Shown: positions 39,291-51,222 of the stretch, in pieces
Layout of the letters: the number at the start of each line of letters is the position of its first letter
Numbering within the stretch: position 1 is the stretch's first letter
Assembly (NCBI RefSeq): GCF_964355755.1
Contig: NC_092671.1
Coordinates: 20,770,001-20,834,000, forward strand
Direction: 5' to 3'
Source of the DNA: Antedon mediterranea
Taxonomy: Eukaryota; Animalia; Echinodermata
Length of the DNA stretch: 64,000 nt
Notes under the pieces: generated by a model
Seen by the model: only the letters and a program-made list of their open reading frames with translations
The model's database searches: none
What the model was told of the DNA's origin: nothing
Position numbers and translations under genes: made by a program

Positions 39291-40249
39291 ACACGTAAAA
39301 TAGTAATATACGAAGTTGCCGATTAGTAGACAGCTAAAACTGTGGGCTGGCTGGATTGCAATCATGAAGCAAACAAATATTTGCTGGTATTTCAGAAATG
39401 CTTTATTAAACTGTCAAATTTAAAAGTTAGTTGTACTGGATTATAATTACGTAAAATTTATGAGGTAAAACTTTCATCGTTGGTCAACAAAGGCAGTTTA
39501 AGGTTTTTGGTAAAATGTTATTTTCAAGCAGAATATTGATCATTGATAATATACTAGGAAATGAGATGGTAATTACAAAAATAAAATTGAATTGTTAGGA
39601 GAAAAAGCTTCTTGTCGATCACTATATACCATGCAAAATAGCAAAAAAGAGAAAAAAAAAAACAAAAACAAAATTACCCTGTCAATTCAAATTTTCAACC
39701 AATTACAATTTCTGACTGGCCTCAACATGGAAGGAGAAAAAATAATAATGAAACATTAATTAAATATATTTTAACTGTAAAAACATGTTTAGATTTTAAT
39801 ATGTGATAAATGATAAAAGGCAAACACAAAAGGTTTGTCTTCTATGCACGCCATGGTACAACATATGCAATTGGTATGAATTTTGCAGTCAACATCCATC
39901 TTTCAACGGAGATGGTCATGGGCTATAAAAAAAGTTAACTAAATATTTACTGAATTAGGACTTTAAATTAAATATGTAAAAAATTATCTCTGGATCAAAA
40001 GGCGATCAAATGTGGAATTTCCAGAGGGCGTCATTCAAGACTATAAAAGCAGGAACATTGCAAATGGCAGCAGCATTACCGTTTAGACAGGTGAGTTGAT
40101 AATAATAAACATTTATAAGATTATTTATGTAGGCTTTTGAACTATATTGTTATAACTCTTTCTAAAAGTGTAAGTCCTACGTTCACAGTATTCGTTTTAT
40201 TTCATTCTTAGCATTACAAAATCGTACATCGGCAATGCCACCTGTATTT

Positions 40250-43200
40250 TAACATTTAACAATTTTAAACACATTATAGAAAATAATGAAATTGATGTTA
40301 TATCTTTAAATGAAACTCGCCTTGATTATACTATTAGTAATAATGATGTACGTATAAATGGCTATGATCTCTATCGTAAAGATCGTAAACAGGGAAGGTG
40401 GAGGAGTTGCTGTGTACTTAAATCGCAACGGGAAGACTACTCATAAGTTAAGACCAGATCTTATGAATGAACATTTGGAAATGTCTATTATTGAAATTAA
40501 ACAACTAAATTCAAAACCATTCCTCCTTTTATCATGGTATAGACCCCCAAATTCTGATATGCAGATCTTTGAGAAAATAGAAAAAGTACTAGAGAATGTT
40601 GAAAGTACAAATTTAGAATATATGATAATTGGGGATGTAAATTGTGACACTCATTCTAAAAACCTATCTTGTTATACTAAAAAATTAATTGATATTGCTA
40701 AAAATTTTCATCTAACTCAATTAATAACTGAGTCAACGAGAATCACAGAAAATAGTAGTACTTTAATAGACCATATTTACAGAACAGTTCCTAATAGTAT
40801 CTCCAAATCAGGTGATTTACATACAGGTATCAGTGACCATTCTGCTATCTATGTAATTGTTGGTAAACAAGAAAAGTGTAAAGCTCATAAGCATAAATAT
40901 AAAACAAGTAGAAACTACAAAAATTTTAATGAAAATGAATTTAAAAGGGATATTGAAAAAATAAACTGGCAAGAAATTCAACATTATAATGATATTGATG
41001 ACGCTACATATTTTTTCGAATCTAATTTTCTTAAAATTGCTAATGATTATGCCCCGCTAAAAAAGAAGAGGGTGCGAAACAAAACTAGTCCTTGTCTAAC
41101 AGATGATCTAGTTAGGTCTATTCGTGAGCGTGATGTACTAAAAAAGAAAGCATCTAAAACTAATACACCTGAACTGTGGGCTCAATACAAACTAAGTAAA
41201 AATAAGGTAAATGCTGAAATAAAGAAATGTAAAAAAGAATATTTTTTCTAAACAATTAGATACAAAAGATTCAAAGAAAATATGGGAAACTTTAAGATAT
41301 ATTGTTCCAGCAAAAAGTATAAACACTGAAATATCAAACTTAAAAACAAGTGATAACAAACTAACAGCAGACTCTTCTAAAATAGCCAACAATTTAAACA
41401 AATATTTTTCTAAAATAGGACCTGACCTTGCAAAAAACATCCAACCAGAAATTCCTAGATTACTTATTGTAAATAATACTAATCAAAGTAGGGACCTACT
41501 TAAATTTAGTTTTGTTAATCAAGAATATATTTATAAACAATTAAACTCACTCGCTGTTAGTAAAGCGACAGGCTTAGATGAGCTTCCAGCTAAAATGCTG
41601 AAGTTGGTTATTGATCAAATCGTTGGACCTCTCACTTATTTGGTAAACCTCTCACTCTCAACCAGTACTTTTCCAAAAAGATGGAAATGTGCCAAAATAT
41701 GCCCAGTGTTTAAGGGGGGAGATAGGACTGAAGCTAGCAACTACAGACCCATATCAATTTTACAGATTCTTTCTAAAATTATCGAGAGGGTTGTATTTGA
41801 TCAGGTCTATAAATTTATTAACTCAAAAAATATGATTTATGCTTACCAATCAGGATTTCGTCCTAATTTCTCTACTGTATCTTCATTATTAAATATTACA
41901 GAAGATTGGATAAATGATATTGATTGTGGGAAGTATAATTGGTTTAGTCATGCTTGATCTGAAAAAAGCTTTCGATACGGTAGACCATACCATACTTATA
42001 GACAAGCTTAACTTAGATGTCTCTATTATAAATTGGTTTAACTAGATGGCACGCTCGCTTCGCTCGCGTACCATCTAGGTCGTGCCCACAGATGGTTCTC
42101 GAATACACAGTATTTTCCAGCGAGAAAAAAATGGAGATTTCAAATGTACGTACTGCAGGACTATAATACATTGTCGTTTACAGAAACGAATAAATATACA
42201 CGATGATTTATGTAGTCAGCTAAAATTAGCACCCTGGGAATTACTTCCGAGAGAGAAACAAAATGAGTCAAATTTTTTTATTTGGACTCATTTAAACAAA
42301 CCCAATTTGTGTTTTGTATGTAACATTAAGGGTTGAGGTATGGGGGAAGAAGATAGGTACAAAGAGGAAACATTTTAAAATATATTCTTATCCACTCAGT
42401 AACGAAATATTGTTTTTAATGTTTTATAGGCCTATAAATAATATACCACTAAATACAGTAAAACATTTACGATTTAATACTTTGTTAAAACTCTCACTGT
42501 CATAGTCGATTGAAATAGTAAAGTACATGTAACGATACACCACTACGTACGTTTATATATTTTTAAATTATTAATTAATACAAACGTTGAGAAGCAACTG
42601 TCAGTAATAACGTTTATTTATTTGTATATTATATGTTTATAATCTAACAGTAGGGCCTACCCACACTCACAGTAATAAAGTTTATTTGTATATTTGTTTA
42701 TATTATATTTAACAGTACCAACACTCACAGTAAGAAATTTGCGATTCAAATTGCGATCAAAAGTGGTTAATACCTTAACAGTATTGTACAGCATTGCAAT
42801 ACTATTTATGTTTATTCTCCAAGGGGGCCCATAAATCTAAATCTATACCTCTATGGTTAAACCAAATAATTTGGAATGTTCCATTCATCACAAATCAATA
42901 CATTTGTAAAAACGTATATTACATGTATCAAAATAGCATTTTTTAAAGAAAATCGGCCTGTCTTCAACATTATGATGCTGTACTCGAACTGTTCAACCGG
43001 TTTTCAGCTATTAAAAACAATTATCGTAGGAGAAGATAAGAAAATGCGAAGTGTCCTCGTATTATTGTGTGCGAGTATTTTTCAAATTGACATCCATTAG
43101 ACAGTGTATACCACGATCGGAAAACACCCCTATTTGGGGCAAATCGTTGAACCTAAATTCGTTTTAATCGTCAATAACTAATAATCAAACTCAATTTGAT

Positions 43201-44525
43201 AAGTAAACAGGGTTACATCAGGTGGTTAAAATCAGTACCGAAAGTACGAACCAACTTTATATACCATCGAGTAAACATTCTAGAAATAACGCACGATTTA
43301 CCGATTTTTGCCCTTACGTAAATTTATATATAGAAGACTATCTTTGTGATCGTACGCACTTAACACAAGTAAATGGTGTCCGATCAGATAAATGCTATAG
43401 TAATTGTGGAATCCCCCAAGGATCAATTTTGGGACCACTCTTATTTATACTTTATGTAAATGATCTACCAAAGCATGTAAATAGTGTACAGAATAGTATG
43501 TATGCAGATGATACAGCTCTTTACTTTGCATCTTCTGATATAAATGAAGTACTTGCAAAAATTAATGAAGATTTAAAAAAAATCAAATCATGGCTAGCAA
43601 GTAACAAGCTTAGTCTAAATGTAAATAAAACTCAGTGTATGTTTATAGGAACACAACAAAGGCTTGCAAAATTAGCAAACATTGATCTAAATTTAAACAT
43701 AGACAATGTTCGGCTACAAAGAGTAAAAAAGCTGTAAACATCTAGGTGTTGTTATTGATGAATATTTACTGTGGGACAAACAAATAGATAATGTTAAAAG
43801 TAAAGTATTGCCAGGCTTGTACTACTTAAAAAAATCTTCAAATCTCGTCCCAAAACATGTATCTTGCTTAATGTATAATAGTATTATTATCTCTCCACTG
43901 TTTAACTATTGTAATATTGTGTGGGGCAGATCAAATAAAAAAAATACTAATAAACTACAAATGCTACAAAACAGAGTAGCCAAAATTATTACAAAAACAA
44001 GGAAATACGACTCAAGTACACAAGCCCTGCAAAACTTAAACTGGATAAATCTTAATACTCAACTATATAATAATGAAGCCAAAATGTTATATAAAATATT
44101 CCATAATCAAGCACCACCATAATCTAAACGAACTATTTACACCCAAACTAGACACATACAATACAAGATCAAAGGATGTATTAAAATTGGATAAACCCAA
44201 AACAGAATATAAAAAAAAAAGTTTTTCATATCATGGTGCTAGTTTATGGAATACTCTAAAAAAACCAATGCAAAATGCCACAAATTTAAATACTTTCAAC
44301 AAATTATTGGTGTGATTTATTATTTATTTTGTACTCTTATCATAAATGTAATTAAGGTTTCTGTTGATATATTTTTGTTCTCTAATTTGTTATTTTTAAA
44401 ATTTGTTATTTTTAAATGTGTAATGTATTATTGTTAGTTGATCACGGCCTTGTAGAAGAACACCTTTATGGTGACACAAGCTTTTCCGTGTTAAAATAAA
44501 GTATTTATTATATTATTATTATTAT
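40250..44525 (+). mobile_element. Near full-length ORF2 of a CR1/L2-group (Daphne/Crack-like) LINE: APE endonuclease plus RT, frameshifted, split by a Helitron
   Basis: IDVISLNETRLD, GGGVAVY, WYRPP, IGDVNCD, LIDHI, SDH (APE). NYRPISIL, QSGFRP, LDLKKAFDTVDH, GIPQGSILGPLLF, YADD, LSLNVNKT (RT). AATAAA plus (ATT)n tail at ~44495-44526. Confidence 0.92.
42042..43334 (-). mobile_element. Non-autonomous Helitron (1293 bp)
   Basis: Minus strand starts TCTATATATAAA and ends with a GC-rich hairpin plus CTAG. Removing it restores the LINE codons AAT TGG TTT AAA GAC TAT (NWFKDY) with no TSD. Confidence 0.9.
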
Positions 44526-44906
44526 TGGGAATGCTAATTATTCATTTACGCAAGGTGACTACTATAACCTTATGTTACCACGTTTTTATTCTAGGCACAC
44601 TCTAACCCTGAGCACAATTCCATGTTAAAAACCGAGGTTTGAACGTATAGTATTCATTCATTATTCTACTAATCCGTCGTATAGTCACCTGCTTATCATA
44701 GGTACAGAATCGTAATTATAATTACATTTTATTACACTGGATTTCCTAATTTGTAATCCAAAAATATGTAAATGCAATTTAATTTTACTTTGCAGTGCTT
44801 ACTTTACATGAGGGATACATTCACATTGCATCATCGTATTAGGGATTATAAACGTTGGACAACCTATTTCCCACAACTGCTAAACACCACAGGCGCAGAA
44901 CATTAA

Positions 44907-45110
44907 AGATGTATTGTCCCCTAAAAACATGTAAAAATGAAGATCAATTTAATCAGACTTTGAATTTTGTAGTTTTAATAAAGTTAATCACAAAGTTAAT
45001 AAAAAAAACAAAACAAAATATGTTTTCACTTATAAAATGAAAAAATAAATGGTTAAATTCAACCAAAAACCCATTGGCTGGCAGCCAATTTGACCAATTT
45101 TTGCTTTAAA
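44907..45110. mobile_element. Truncated copy of the Kolobok-like MITE (left end only)
   Basis: TTAA|AGATGTATTGTCCC end, identical to that at 61458. Confidence 0.55.
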
Positions 45111-45933
45111 TTAAAGTTTTTCTACGGGACGGGGCACACATCATGTTCTAATTTTTTGGTATGATGGAATTATCAAAATAAACTCGAAGATGACAATTTC
45201 GAAAGATAATGAATTGAGTAAATAAATATAAGAATTGGAAGAGAATTTGGCACATAGAAGCGCAATGGTGCTCTTTGAAATTTGTATAACTTTGACAAAA
45301 GAAATTTAAAAACTTCAACTGGCCATATGATAACATCACAACATCCGATAGGCTTATTTTTTATATGAATTCAAATCTACATTTCATCAGCTTTCATAGT
45401 AAGTTATAATCTTCAAAGGTCACCTTTAATTTTGATCAGCTGTAAGATATTCAAATGTATGGTGTACTGTAAGTGAAATTACACGACCTACGTTATTCAA
45501 GTTTTTACGCGTAATGACGTCATCAAAATGAAAACGCTGACAACATGAGAAAGATACATAATTAAGCAAGCACATACTAAAATTTGTGCGAAATTCTAGA
45601 ACAAAATAACTGATATGCGCTCTGTCAAATGTGTATGTTGTATATAGTAAATTATAATGTAAAGTAAGGGCTCTAAACGCAGCGTGTACAACTCAACATT
45701 TATTCAGAGGAGAGAGAACAATTATGGCACGCCAAAGGCGTCGTTACAACATGCATATATAACACATCCTCCATACCATTTTAAGAATAGTAAAGACTAG
45801 ATTCTAGAGTTCTGTACTGTTCTGTAATCATTCGTAATTATAATGTTTCAATCAAAGTTTTCTGTATAATATCTTTCAATGCAATAATGAATAATAAAGT
45901 TCAACTAAAATCAACTTCTTGTTTCATGTCAAT

Positions 45934-46356
45934 TTACAAGTCTAGTCTCTTTGGTGGGCGAATATTATTTCTTTTTGGATATCGACGTATGGGTGCAGTT
46001 TCTTGTGTAAGAGATGCGCTGCCAGTTGTAACAGGTGTGTCGGCGTTAACATTTCGAGTAAGGTTATCTGATTGTGGAGCGTCTGTTGGATTTAGTATTT
46101 CTGGAACATGGTCATCCTGGGTGAATATTTCTGTAGGAGTGACATTCACCATAGTTGGGTGTAGTTGATCAGCATGACGCCTCCATAGTGTTCCAAGTCC
46201 TGTGTCAACTGTGTAAGATAGTGGACCAGTTTTTCCTTGTATTTGAGCTGGTATCCATTTCTGGTTTTTGTTACGATAATCACGGACCATTACTGATTGT
46301 CCGGGTTGAAACTCTCGGATACTGGTTCCACAATGTTTTGCAAACTTCATACGATC
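45934..46356 (-). pseudogene. Integrase C-terminal tail of the same Gag-Pol, in frame beyond the premature stop
   Basis: Same frame as the main ORF (...AAA GGT TAA GAT CGT ATG AAG...). Motifs GQSVMVRDYR, GPLSY, WRRHADQL are typical of the Mag integrase C-terminus. Confidence 0.9.
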
Positions 46357-49300
46357 TTAACCTTTCAAGACAGTAGCTGTTAGATCCGGTTTCAAAAGAT
46401 CCAAACGTGTTCGTAGATTGCGTCCGTAGAGTAATTTTGCAGGTGTTTCCTTGGTAAGTGTATGAGGAGTTGTTTTGTACTTAAACAGAAATGTACTCAG
46501 ATGTTGCTGTAGTGAACGACAACTGTTTCCTCTTGCTTGCTTAATGGCCAATTTAAACGTTTGCACAAATCTCTCTGCTAGGCCATTTGTTCTGGGGTGA
46601 TATGGGGATGATGTGGTATGTCGAATACCATTTGCTTTCATGAAATCTGTAAATTCCTCCGACTTAAATTGAGGACCGTTGTCCGATACAATTTGTCTGG
46701 GAATACCATATTGGCTAAACATAATTCGCAATTTCTCAATAGTCAGTTGTGCTGTAGTAGATCTCATTGGATAAACTTCTGGCCATTTGCTATGGGCGTC
46801 AACAACAATTAAAAACATAGAGTTCATGAATGGCCCTGCAAAATCTATATGTAAGCGATCCCATGGGGCAGATGGCCACTCCCAAGGGTGTACTGGTGCG
46901 GATTTTGGCATTTTGCTTGTTTGCTGGCAACCGATACAAGATTTACAAACTTGTTCAATTTCGTAATCAATGTTAGGCCACCAGATGTAAGAGCGAGCTA
47001 AGTTTTTCATCTTAACAATCCCAATGTGTCCATCATGTATTTCATTAAGAATAGCAGCACGAAGTCTATCTGGAATTAGTACTCGATTTCCCCACATTAA
47101 ACACCCTTGATGGCAAGTAAGTTCTGTAAGACGGCGCTTGTAGGGTGTATACGCTTCTTTGTCAGGAAGTTTGTTAGTCCCTTTTAAAACAGTATCTAAT
47201 ACGTGTGACAGAATCTGATCTTTCTGTGTTTCTTTCCGTATTTCTGTACTTGATATCGGCAACCTTTCAATCTGGGAGGTGTAGAATGTAGATGCCTCAT
47301 CGACGTAATCAATCACATCTGTAGGTATAGGCAATCTACTCAATCCATCAGCATTCCCATGAGCGTGCGTGTTGCGATATTCGATATCATATGTATGTCC
47401 AGATAGGTAAAGGGCATATCTTTGTAGTCTTGCAGCAGTCATTGCTGGAATTGACTTTTGTGGATGCAAGATGCTTACTAGCGGCTTATGATCTGTAACC
47501 AAAGTAAAATGTCGGCCATGCAGGTAAGTATGAAACTTTTGTATTCCCCAATAAAGTCCTAATGCTTCCTTATCTATTTGGGCATAGCCCTTTTCAGCTT
47601 TTGTTAAGGAGCGAGAAGCAAATGCAATTGGTCTTTCCTTTCCGTCTGGCATAATATGTGAAAGAACGCTACCAAGGCCGTATGGCGATGCATCACAGGC
47701 TAGTTTAACTGTTAGTTCAGGATTATAGTGGCATAGAACTTGGTCTGAAGTTATAAGTTCTTTGACCGCTTTAAAAGCTTCATCACATGAATTTGTCCAT
47801 TTCCAAGTTTTTTCATTTTGTAAGAGTTCATTCAGGGGTGCGACTATGGACGATAACTTTGGCAAAAACCTACGATAGTAATTTATTAAACCCAAGAATG
47901 ATCGCATTTGCTGTTTGTTGTCAGGTTTTGGCGCATTGATAACTGCATGTATCTTGTCAGGGGATTTCTGTAACCCTTTTTCAGTTATCACATGACCACA
48001 GTATGTGATGTCTTCTTTGAAAAACTCACATTTCTCACGATTTACTCTTAAGTTGTATTTCTCTAATCTCTCTAAAACTGTGTCCAAGTTTTTTAAGTGT
48101 TCCTCAGTTGTTTTTCCGCTGATGATCATATCATCCAATATGCAAGATGTAAAGGGTACATTTTGCAGTACCTGGTCCATCGCTCTTTGCCAGATTGCAG
48201 GAGCTGAGGCTACACCAAATGGAAGTCGGTTATATCTAAATAACCCTTTATGCGTATTAATAGTTAACAGTTCCTTTGAAGTGTCTTCCCCTTCCATCTG
48301 TAAATATGCTTGTTTAAGGTCAATTTTTGTAAATTTCTGACCTCCTGCTAGAGATGCAAAGATATCTTTTATTTTAGGTAATGGGTACTGTTCTACTTTC
48401 ATCACAGGATTAATTGTAACTTTAAAGTCACCACAGATTCTAACTTGCCCTGACTTCTTCTGTACAGGTACAATGGGAGCTGCCCATTCGCTGTATTTCA
48501 CAGGGCTAATAATCTCTTGATTTTGTAGTCGTCCAAGCTCTTTTTCGACCTTGTCCCTCATTGAATATGGGACATTTCTTGGCTTGTGGAACTGTGGTTT
48601 GCTGTTTTCAGTGATGTAGATACTAGCTTTAATATTCTCCAGTTTCCCCAATTCATCTTTAAAAACAGCTTTATGTTTTTCTAAAATTTCATCCAGACCT
48701 TTAGTTGTTGCTTTTGCCTCATCAATGGCTTTTATTTCATGCCAATCTAATTTAAACTTCTTTAGCCAATCACGTCCGAATAAGGCTGGTCCGTTCAATG
48801 GAACGACCAATAACTCTGCAATTTCTTCATGATTGTTAAGACACACTTTAGCATTTAGCATGCCTATTGGTACAATAGTCTCACCAGAATATGTTTTCAA
48901 CCTAATTGTAGTTTTCTGTAATGGTAACGACTGGAATGCTTTCTTGTAGGTCAACTCTGGAATCAGTGATACTGATGATCCAGTGTCCAATTCCATAGGG
49001 ATTTTCTTTCCATTTATAGATGCAACCACTATAATTGGCTCCACTTTTGACTTATGATTTGCATATAGCATAGGTTCATAGTTGACTTCCTCTCCCTGTA
49101 CATACTGTACATTCTTTTTAAAGTTACCAGTGTTAGGTTTTGACACATTATTGTCTTTCTTTTTCTTCATGCATACTTTTTCTAGATGTCCTTCCTTGGA
49201 ACAGTAATTGCAAACAGTATGTATGTGCCTGCAGCGATCAGCTTTATGGCCTGTATTACCACATCTGTAACAGTGTGTAGATGCTTTACTTTGTTTATGA

Positions 49301-49911
49301 CCTTGGTGTCTTTTAGATTGGTAATTTTTTGTAGTAAACTTATTTACATTGCTCTCACCTGTAGTATTTGGTGTCCTTGTTTTCTGAAATTCTGTAGCAT
49401 CACGACTTGCTGTTTCCATAGCTACAGCGGTTTTAATTGCATCATCTAATTTAAGGTCATGAACCGCCAGTAAACGTTTCTGAATGTTCTCTTGACGCAA
49501 CCCACAGACGAAAATGTCTCGCAGTGTCGAGGTCAAAGTGTTTCCGAAATTGCAATGAATGGCTAACCTTCGTAGTTCAGCAATGTATGAAGCAATGCTT
49601 TCCCCGCTATGCTGTTCTCTTTTGTAGAACCGAAATCGTTCCGCGATTTCCGATGGCTTTGGGCAAAGATGTGTCGTGAGCTTTGTAATTAAATCTGCGT
49701 AAGACAGTGTCGCTGGTTTCTCCGGTGAACACAAATTCTTTAGTAGCGTGTACGTTTTCGGTCCGATGAGTGCAAGAAATGCCGGTACCTTCCGATCATC
49801 ATCGACCTTGTTGGCTACAAAATATTGATCTAACCGTTCGGTATACGAATCCCAAGCTTCTAAAAATGAATCAAATTCTTCCACCTTTCCTATTATAACT
49901 TCCATGCTCAT
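46357..49911 (-). CDS. Gag-Pol polyprotein (Gag with two CCHC knuckles, protease, RT, RNase H, integrase), ending at a premature TAA
   Basis: CYRCGNTGHKADRC and CNYCSKEGHLEKVC; LDTGS; RLPFG...CILDD; ACDASPYG/EKE-like DKEAL/TDH; HDGH..CIGC; HIDF/SDNG/LAERF. First ATG at 49911 (the ORF track's 49923 start is TTG). Confidence 0.95.
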   Translation of the reverse strand: MSMEVIIGKVEEFDSFLEAWDSYTERLDQYFVANKVDDDRKVPAFLALIGPKTYTLLKNLCSPEKPATLSYADLITKLTTHLCPKPSEIAERFRFYKREQHSGESIASYIAELRRLAIHCNFGNTLTSTLRDIFVCGLRQENIQKRLLAVHDLKLDDAIKTAVAMETASRDATEFQKTRTPNTTGESNVNKFTTKNYQSKRHQGHKQSKASTHCYRCGNTGHKADRCRHIHTVCNYCSKEGHLEKVCMKKKKDNNVSKPNTGNFKKNVQYVQGEEVNYEPMLYANHKSKVEPIIVVASINGKKIPMELDTGSSVSLIPELTYKKAFQSLPLQKTTIRLKTYSGETIVPIGMLNAKVCLNNHEEIAELLVVPLNGPALFGRDWLKKFKLDWHEIKAIDEAKATTKGLDEILEKHKAVFKDELGKLENIKASIYITENSKPQFHKPRNVPYSMRDKVEKELGRLQNQEIISPVKYSEWAAPIVPVQKKSGQVRICGDFKVTINPVMKVEQYPLPKIKDIFASLAGGQKFTKIDLKQAYLQMEGEDTSKELLTINTHKGLFRYNRLPFGVASAPAIWQRAMDQVLQNVPFTSCILDDMIISGKTTEEHLKNLDTVLERLEKYNLRVNREKCEFFKEDITYCGHVITEKGLQKSPDKIHAVINAPKPDNKQQMRSFLGLINYYRRFLPKLSSIVAPLNELLQNEKTWKWTNSCDEAFKAVKELITSDQVLCHYNPELTVKLACDASPYGLGSVLSHIMPDGKERPIAFASRSLTKAEKGYAQIDKEALGLYWGIQKFHTYLHGRHFTLVTDHKPLVSILHPQKSIPAMTAARLQRYALYLSGHTYDIEYRNTHAHGNADGLSRLPIPTDVIDYVDEASTFYTSQIERLPISSTEIRKETQKDQILSHVLDTVLKGTNKLPDKEAYTPYKRRLTELTCHQGCLMWGNRVLIPDRLRAAILNEIHDGHIGIVKMKNLARSYIWWPNIDYEIEQVCKSCIGCQQTSKMPKSAPVHPWEWPSAPWDRLHIDFAGPFMNSMFLIVVDAHSKWPEVYPMRSTTAQLTIEKLRIMFSQYGIPRQIVSDNGPQFKSEEFTDFMKANGIRHTTSSPYHPRTNGLAERFVQTFKLAIKQARGNSCRSLQQHLSTFLFKYKTTPHTLTKETPAKLLYGRNLRTRLDLLKPDLTATVLKG

Positions 49912-51222
49912 CCTCGTCGCCAAAATTTATGTTGTATATAGTAAATTATAATGTAAAGTAAGGGCTCTAAACACAGCGTGTACAACTCAACATTTATTCA
50001 GAGGAGAGAGAACAATTATGGCACGCCAAAGGCGTCGTTACAACATGCATATATAACACAGTACATGAATTCATATCTACAACTCAATGGCTTTCCGAAT
50101 AAGTTAAAAGAAATTGGGGGTCATCTTGCATTCTGAAGAGTTGTTTTAATTTTAAAAAAGACCTATTTTTCACAATTTTCAGAACTTTTGTAAAATTAAT
50201 GTGCGCATTTTGTCATTTTTAACGTGCTTGTATAGCGTTATTTTAAGTGCGATTTATACATCAATTTTTTTTTAACGCATTTTTAAGAATCGCGTGCGCA
50301 AAAACATGTTTTTTCTGAAATTCAACAACTTCTATAATAAGTTTTAATCTTGCGCGTCACTTTTTATTTTGACGAGCTATAACAGATTAAAATTTACAGT
50401 ACAAATGAAAATAAGTGACTCACATTATTTACATTTTTAGACATGACGTCATAAAAATTGAATTTTTTTTAAACTCATGCGAACAACAGTTGATTGACAA
50501 TATTAAAATCTTGGAGGAAATTGAATATGTATAAGCGAGATGCACTCTGTTGAATGTGATAAGCAATAACGAAAGAGACAAAAATCCTATATTTTACATT
50601 CGTGTGGCCATGCGATGACGTCATAACATCCAAGAGGTAAAATTCTGCATGAATTCATATCTACAATTTATCGTCTTACATAATAAGTTAAAAAAATTGC
50701 AGTCACCTTTGATCCTGAAGAGCTATAATAGATTCAAAATTGGCATTATTTTGACAATATTTTATACCTTTTTCAACTAAAACGCGCGCAAATGGTCTAA
50801 ATCAATGTGTTTGTATGACGTCATTTTTATTTGAAATAATGTCAATCTTGTTTAAAATTACTATAAAAGGCTGGAAAAACATAATTCACAAAAAAAAAAG
50901 ATGTTTTTAGCGCTACATACGCACTGCACGTAACAATTTGCGCCCACGTGGGAATTTTTGACATGCGCAAAATGTCATGAATCGCGTAAAAAATTAATTA
51001 AATTAATTTTGCGCATTTTGCAATTTTAAATAACTTAAGTAACTTCTTGTAAAACATGCCATTTTTAATCCACAAAAAGTTTGCCATTGATATGACTTAA
51101 ATTTTTACAAAGTGTCAAAACAAAATTATGTTTTTAGTCTATGATCAATCATAAAAAAATCATAAAAAGCGCAACTCTGACGTCATTCAAAAATAGGAGG
51201 TGCACAACTCCACGTAAATGTC

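Larger units (their letters stand above)
45636..50060 (-). mobile_element. Full-length Ty3/Gypsy LTR retrotransposon, Mag clade
   Basis: 131-bp TG...CA LTRs at 45636-45766 and 49930-50060 (1 mismatch seen). PBS TGGCGACGAGGATG (49909-49922), complementary to the tRNA-Ser(GCU) 3' end. Purine-rich tract GGTATGGAGGA next to the 3' LTR. Single gag-pol frame. Confidence 0.97.

Noticed and set aside
43222-43334. N-terminus of the 171-aa RT ORF as a novel fusion
   Set aside because: Chance open frame through the Helitron end joined to the LINE RT; the start codon is GTG.
46618-49449. Plus-strand ORFs within the Gypsy element
   Set aside because: Antisense shadows of gag-pol.
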